From positions 365,910 through 429,909 of the forward strand of contig CAKVCX010000001.1 of the NCBI GenBank assembly GCA_934725985.1: DNA of 64,000 nucleotides, read 5' to 3'. Each line of letters starts with the position of its first letter. Positions within the stretch are counted from its first letter, which is position 1. The notes beneath the pieces are model-generated. The model ran no database searches. It was given only the letters and a program-made list of their open reading frames with translations, and was not told the DNA's origin. Positions 59,117-64,000 of the stretch are shown here, piece by piece. This DNA is from an uncultured Bacilli bacterium. GTDB lineage: Bacteria > Bacillota_I > Bacilli_A > RFN20 > CAG-826. The position numbers were made by a program, and so were the translations under genes.

Positions 59117-59773
59117 ATGAAAAACAAAATGATTCTCTACCATGGGTCAAATCAAATAATAAAGACGCCAACCTATGGTTTTGGCAATAAAAATAATGAT
59201 TATGGCGTTGGATTTTATTTAACGCAGGATAAAGCCATGGCCAATGTTTGGGCCAGCAAAAATTTAAATGATGGATATGTTAATGAATACGCTTTAAATT
59301 TAAGTGGCCTTTCTATACTTAATTTAACAACCAATACAGAAAAAGATATATTGATTTGGATCACTATTTTAATCTCACACAGGTTTTCTTTTTCCGAAAA
59401 AGAAGAAAAGAAAGAAATAATAGACTGGCTAATTAGGCACTTTGGTGTTTCAACCGATGACTACGACATATTAATAGGCTATAGAGCCGATGACAGCTAC
59501 TTTGCTTATTCATATGATTTCGTTAATGATCAATTGCCGTTAGAACTGCTTTTAGAAGCAATGAAATTAGGGAAATTAGGGAAACAAGTAGCGCTCATTT
59601 CGAAAAAAGCATTTAATAACCTAGAATTTATCGATTACGAAAAAATAGAGAAGAGTTCATCTTACGATTCAATTCGAAGACAAGCGTCTATCGAATATGA
59701 AATACTAAAAAGAAAAAGAAGTATTAATATGACATATATGAGGGACGTCATTAGAAAATATGAAAGAAATTAA
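59117..59773 (+). CDS. DUF3990 domain protein
   Basis: ILYHGSNQIIKTPTYGFGNKNNDYGVGFYLT…WA matches the DUF3990 N-terminal signature. Confidence 0.5.
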   Translation: MKNKMILYHGSNQIIKTPTYGFGNKNNDYGVGFYLTQDKAMANVWASKNLNDGYVNEYALNLSGLSILNLTTNTEKDILIWITILISHRFSFSEKEEKKEIIDWLIRHFGVSTDDYDILIGYRADDSYFAYSYDFVNDQLPLELLLEAMKLGKLGKQVALISKKAFNNLEFIDYEKIEKSSSYDSIRRQASIEYEILKRKRSINMTYMRDVIRKYERN

Positions 59774-60644
59774 TAATGTAGATGTATGGGCTTTGAAAAA
59801 TAAATTGGGAGGATTATTAAACCATTTGTATTTTGATGCCGGAATATCAAAGGAAATGATCCAATACAAAATGATTTTTTCCTCAGTTTTGGACTGTTTT
59901 GAAAACAACGATGTGGACTCTTTTTTAGGCACTTCCGACCAAGAAATCATTCAATCTTTATTCGAAGGAGAGACTCAAATTGACTATTCGAAAATAAACC
60001 CTGTATTCCTATGGGCGGGGTACAGCTATATAGATTTATCAATAAAGCTGTCAATACCTATAAAAACGGTTTTTCTTTTATTGCCATTAGATGAAATGCT
60101 TTCGTTATTTGAGCCTTATCATGAAATGTCTTTTTCTCATTTGAAGGACTATTACCTTAAAAACTGTAACACTAGAAGTATTTTTGAAAGCATTAGGTCA
60201 TATAGTTCATATTCTAGAAAAGAGGTATGCATATTAGCAGGCATAAAAGAAAAAACATTACCAAATTATATTTATAACAATAAAGCTTTGTTTAACTCTT
60301 CATTTAAAACGATTATAAAATTATCTAAATTATTTTCTTGCCAATTGGATTTGTTTAAGGAAGAGTCTTCTTTTATACCGTTTAGTTTTTCTTTTATGGA
60401 AAAGGAAGAATTTGTTAATAAACTATTAGATTCATTATTTTTGTTTTATCCAAAATTTAAAAACGAAAAAGTTCACTTTATTCTTGACCAAAATAAAACA
60501 CATTCCACCAGCAACGAAAAAGATGCCGTTTCTTTCGATTTTATCAATTTATGTTTTATAGAAGGTAAAGTAAAAACATACATAAAAGAAGAGATATTCA
60601 ACTACGCGTTAGGTGAAGCCTGCCGTGATTTTTATAAAATTTAA
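59760..60644 (+). CDS. hypothetical protein with XRE-type HTH (possible DUF3791-like partner of DUF3990)
   Basis: Central HTH-like segment RKEVCILAGIKEKTLPNYIYNN…IIKLSKLFSCQLDLF; 14-nt overlap with the DUF3990 gene. Confidence 0.35.
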   Translation: MKEINNVDVWALKNKLGGLLNHLYFDAGISKEMIQYKMIFSSVLDCFENNDVDSFLGTSDQEIIQSLFEGETQIDYSKINPVFLWAGYSYIDLSIKLSIPIKTVFLLLPLDEMLSLFEPYHEMSFSHLKDYYLKNCNTRSIFESIRSYSSYSRKEVCILAGIKEKTLPNYIYNNKALFNSSFKTIIKLSKLFSCQLDLFKEESSFIPFSFSFMEKEEFVNKLLDSLFLFYPKFKNEKVHFILDQNKTHSTSNEKDAVSFDFINLCFIEGKVKTYIKEEIFNYALGEACRDFYKI

Positions 60645-60648
60645 GATT

Positions 60649-62673
60649 TTATTTTCTTTTTAAAACTATTGATAAGTAATTCTTAAAACGACCAGAAACA
60701 ACTCCGTTTTTAATATTTATCTTTTTATCCTTTAATAATTCTTTTGCTTCAAAATTTGAATGAGGAAGGACTATTTTATATGTTCTACTAATATCGTCAT
60801 TAGCAAAATTTAAATCAAACAAATTGATTATGTAGCCTTCATCGTTTTCAAAGATTAAAACTTCAGCATATTTGCTTGTTTCAATATTAAATAATGAAGC
60901 AATATTACCTTTAATTATTTTAGACAAAATATCCTTATAGTTATATCTATCATCGCCTTCTATAGGCAAGCAAGAATAAATCACTTTCCCTTTGCCAAAT
61001 GTATTTTCAACAATGGCAGAATATTTGCTAACTTTTCCAGGAGGATTCGAATGAATGGATGCAAATTCGTTGTAATTATCTGGATCAGTATAAGGAAGAA
61101 CTATTTTCGCACACACGTCCCCTTTATTTGCTTTTAAAATCGGAAGTTTAAAAGTGGCTGGAAGCGGATATTTTTTATTAAACATCCCAAAATATTTTTT
61201 ATAGTCATCTCTAGTTGGACATACATAGGCTTTAACTTCATCATATCCTCTATAAATGGGCTTATAAGGACTATCTTGGTTTGTTTCTCCCTCGATTTTT
61301 CCTTCAAAAAATAAATTCAATAAAGAAGAATTTGAATCCCCACTTAAATAAAGCAGTCCACCATCATTTACATAATTCTTTATTTCTTTTATTTCATCTA
61401 CGTCTAAATGAACTAGGCCAGGTATAAATAGCATTTTAAATCTATTTAATTCATTAACTTTGCCATGTCCAATAATCGTATATGGAATATGGTTTTCGAT
61501 TAAAGTTTTGCTTAATTGAATGCAAAGGTGCTTATTATCTTGCCTATTATGATATTTAAACTGGGACGAACTATCAAAAAGAACTCCTACTTCTTCAATA
61601 GGTTTGCCAAATGGCAAATATTTTTCATATTTTATTTCATTTTCAAATACACGCCCCAACCGTTTTGCTACCCTGTGGTCTAAAGTTCCATCTGGATTAA
61701 TCGCATCGATTATTAAGGAAGCCCCACCATGAAGAGTAGTTAACATTATTTCAGCAAGCAAAGTTTCCTCGCTTTTATTTATCGTGTGTTCCCTTAAAGT
61801 CTTATTACACCTACAAGTCATATACTCAAAAGGTTTGTTCTTGCTGATGCTTCTATAATATTTAGCAGTAAAAGAATGATTATATAAATCTCCATATAGA
61901 TCCCCGCCCGTGAATTCGCATTGTTCGTTTATTCCTTCTGTAGAACCAGCTAAATAATCGCACCCTATAACGGCCGCAAAATTAAATTCCACGGTAAGGC
62001 TAGGCATTATTCTATTTGTTTCTTTTTTTACAAAAGAGGCAAACTCAGCCATCCATTCTTGTCTAGATTTAATAAATTCATTCCAAGTTTCATCATCCCA
62101 ATCCAAGTCGTTTGGGATTTCTTTGCCTTTTTCTAGGGAAAACCTCTCCTTGCAAGAAGAGCAATGACATAAAACCTCCCAATAAGGCATATCAAAAAAC
62201 AAAGCGTCTAAATTAGGGAATTCTTTTGAAATTTCTTCGATTTGCTTAGTAACAAATTCTCTATATTCCTTATTATTTGGACAAGCTAGCCCATAACGTT
62301 GCCCATGGTCTCTCCAAGTTAGACCATCTTTATCAACCATTTCCCAAGAAGGATGATCATTTACGGCTTGATTGTTAAAAATAAGAGAATAATAGCCAAC
62401 AACCTTCATCCCGTTTTCTTTGCATAAATTGATAAGCTTTTTTATTTCGTTTGGATGATTAATAAAGAAATTATGCGTTTTACTTACTTCCGTTTTAAAA
62501 TTGCATAAGCCCGTGTGGGACTGCAAATAAATCATGGGGCTAGAAATCTTGGCTTCTTTTAAATAATTAAAATAATCATCGGCATTAAACTTTGATAAAT
62601 ATATCTTCTTATCATCGTTAATATGCATGTCGACTAAGTTTCTTCTATAAATATTGCTATACCATTTATCCAT
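60649..62673 (-). CDS. putative glycoside hydrolase, GH42-like fold (TIM barrel + trimerisation/GATase-like domain)
   Basis: Pattern DxxNYLKEAKI…, …CKENGMKVVGYYS…, and a later class-I GATase-like segment (FIPGLVHLDVDEIKEIKNYVNDGGLLYLSG) resemble GH42 beta-galactosidase organisation; no signal peptide. Confidence 0.35.
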   Translation of the reverse strand: MDKWYSNIYRRNLVDMHINDDKKIYLSKFNADDYFNYLKEAKISSPMIYLQSHTGLCNFKTEVSKTHNFFINHPNEIKKLINLCKENGMKVVGYYSLIFNNQAVNDHPSWEMVDKDGLTWRDHGQRYGLACPNNKEYREFVTKQIEEISKEFPNLDALFFDMPYWEVLCHCSSCKERFSLEKGKEIPNDLDWDDETWNEFIKSRQEWMAEFASFVKKETNRIMPSLTVEFNFAAVIGCDYLAGSTEGINEQCEFTGGDLYGDLYNHSFTAKYYRSISKNKPFEYMTCRCNKTLREHTINKSEETLLAEIMLTTLHGGASLIIDAINPDGTLDHRVAKRLGRVFENEIKYEKYLPFGKPIEEVGVLFDSSSQFKYHNRQDNKHLCIQLSKTLIENHIPYTIIGHGKVNELNRFKMLFIPGLVHLDVDEIKEIKNYVNDGGLLYLSGDSNSSLLNLFFEGKIEGETNQDSPYKPIYRGYDEVKAYVCPTRDDYKKYFGMFNKKYPLPATFKLPILKANKGDVCAKIVLPYTDPDNYNEFASIHSNPPGKVSKYSAIVENTFGKGKVIYSCLPIEGDDRYNYKDILSKIIKGNIASLFNIETSKYAEVLIFENDEGYIINLFDLNFANDDISRTYKIVLPHSNFEAKELLKDKKINIKNGVVSGRFKNYLSIVLKRK

Positions 62674-62992
62674 AATTTGCCTCTAGTTAAAGGTAATAGA
62701 TGGGAAGACAAATTGCTATAGTTTCTACAAAAAAGAGAAGAAAACGAAAAAATTTCGCAGTTGAAAGAGAATAATTTATGGTTTTATTTCGACTAATAAG
62801 TATGAAAATAAAAGAATAAATAAGCAAAACCAATAAGGGAGATCAAAAATCCTTATTTATAAATGATACTCAATTGAAAAGCCAATAATATAGACGGGCA
62901 TTACTAGTTATGCGCACATCAATGAGAGCAAACGAGTAAGTACAGTTTTTATAAACCAAACAAAATTGTTCTCTTAACAATCTATTAAAGGC

Positions 62993-63715
62993 CTAATTTC
63001 TTACTTTTAATATTTCTTCGTCAATAAGACAATCTTCGTCTACAGGGGATTCCATCAACTTTCCTGCTAAATCCATTTCCTTATAAAAAGAAGTAAATTC
63101 AAAGCCTAAACTATTAACGACTGTTAGATAGTCTTCATAATTAAAAATCCCTTTTTGAAATTTAAAGAACGCGTCAATGATAATTTGTTCTTCTTTTATA
63201 GATTTATTTTTGCCATCTTTAATAAATAAGCAAGGGTCTAAATGTTCTTTTTTAGAAGACGTTTCTACATAAGGAAGACCATTTTCTGCCATCATGGGGG
63301 TTTGGTTTAAAATCGATAAATGAGAGAATTCAAATTGTTTACACTTCCTAAAAGGGGAATTGCCATTCCATAAATAACAAGCAGGATAATCCGGTTCGAC
63401 CACAAAAAGCTTAGTAAAAGTCTTGTTGATTATAAAATATATATCCCAAAGGGGAATCGGGGCAATTTCTAAAAAGGATGATGCCCTAGCTTTATCTTTA
63501 TCAATGCCTTCACTAGGATTCATTTTGAATTTAAAAGCAATTTGGTGTCTTCTTTCTATTTCCTCATAAGAAGAGGCAAACTCCCAAGGGGCATGATCTA
63601 GATAAAAATCAAACCGTATTTTCATTAATAAAGGGTAAACCTCATTAACAAATTCGTCTCTATTTGCCCCAACAAAGAAATAACCATTATATGGATCGCA
63701 AGATAATACTTTCAT
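62993..63715 (-). CDS. hypothetical protein (240 aa)
   Basis: Clean ORF with good codon usage, no recognisable motif. Confidence 0.3.
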   Translation of the reverse strand: MKVLSCDPYNGYFFVGANRDEFVNEVYPLLMKIRFDFYLDHAPWEFASSYEEIERRHQIAFKFKMNPSEGIDKDKARASSFLEIAPIPLWDIYFIINKTFTKLFVVEPDYPACYLWNGNSPFRKCKQFEFSHLSILNQTPMMAENGLPYVETSSKKEHLDPCLFIKDGKNKSIKEEQIIIDAFFKFQKGIFNYEDYLTVVNSLGFEFTSFYKEMDLAGKLMESPVDEDCLIDEEILKVRN

Positions 63716-63730
63716 TTTCTATACCCTTCC

Positions 63731-64000
63731 TTATTTCTCTATGGGGAATAAACCGTTTTCCTTCCCAAATTTCCTTTGAAGCTCTTTTGAAAACCAGAAG
63801 ACATCTTCTCGCTCATCAAGGAGAAGAAATTCAATCCACGTCCTATCTATTTCATTAAAAGGAGTAAGCCCATAACCAAAAAAGAAAAAGCACTTAATTG
63901 CCTCTTCATAACTCATATCCAAAAGCAAGATTATTCTCATTAAAGCCACTTTAGAAGGTTTTGGATAATACACGTCTTTGTCATTTTTGGCATTCTTTTT
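63731..64000 (-). CDS. hypothetical protein, 5' end probably beyond window
   Basis: Minus-strand frame stays open to the right window edge; the GTG-start ORF in the track (63731-63973) is likely an internal segment. Confidence 0.2.
   Translation of the reverse strand, partial: KKNAKNDKDVYYPKPSKVALMRIILLLDMSYEEAIKCFFFFGYGLTPFNEIDRTWIEFLLLDEREDVFWFSKELQRKFGKENGLFPIEK

Noticed and set aside
1-64000. CRISPR arrays, tRNA/rRNA genes, IS elements with terminal inverted repeats and transposases
   Set aside because: Looked for regularly spaced short repeats, tRNA-like GTTCGAATC motifs and DDE transposase ORFs and found none. The only structured repeats are the rlmD-3'end copies and CIRCE elements.

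Overview
This is a low-GC (~30%) Firmicutes/Erysipelotrichia-like chromosomal segment carrying mostly housekeeping and metabolic genes on both strands. Left part: a YfhO-family membrane protein running off the left edge; DUF1538 with two P-II-like genes; an RluA-type pseudouridine synthase; a patatin-like phospholipase; a 5'-nucleotidase lipoprotein; an arginine-to-putrescine route with a fused arginine decarboxylase/agmatine deiminase and a coupled N-carbamoylputrescine amidase; a frameshifted Cof-type HAD hydrolase; GH2; an M24 peptidase. Middle part: copA-copZ-csoR; a CIRCE-controlled hsp20; ybaK; tldD/pmbA; rpmE; metG; rlmD. Three regions stand out. (1) 30860-41290: a mosaic accessory island inserted at the 3' end of rlmD. 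It is built from three diverged direct-repeat copies (plus a degenerate fourth) of the rlmD 3' end with ~370 bp of downstream sequence. Its cargo has higher GC (40-52%): two AAA-ATPase/DUF4143 genes, an AlbA_2/HATPase-type putative regulator, an AbiEi-like antitoxin, a DUF6883(frameshifted)/DUF4926 pair, a DinJ-YafQ TA pair and gene remnants, with no integrase. (2) 44017-49253: an operon encoding a CooC-type (CxC) P-loop ATPase, HgdB/HgdA-like 2-hydroxyacyl-CoA-dehydratase (double-cubane-like) subunits and an HgdC-like activase. (3) 50871-56569: a tight three-gene operon encoding a small methyltransferase-like/Zn-ribbon protein, a gamma-class N6-adenine DNA methyltransferase and a 996-aa GIY-YIG(T5orf172)-like/SNF2-like helicase fusion. 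I read this as an atypical, possibly undescribed, RM-like defence system. Right part: GSIII (glnN), a DUF3990/HTH pair, a GH42-like protein and hypotheticals. Long ORFs that run off the window edges are absent from the supplied ORF track and I read them directly from the sequence.
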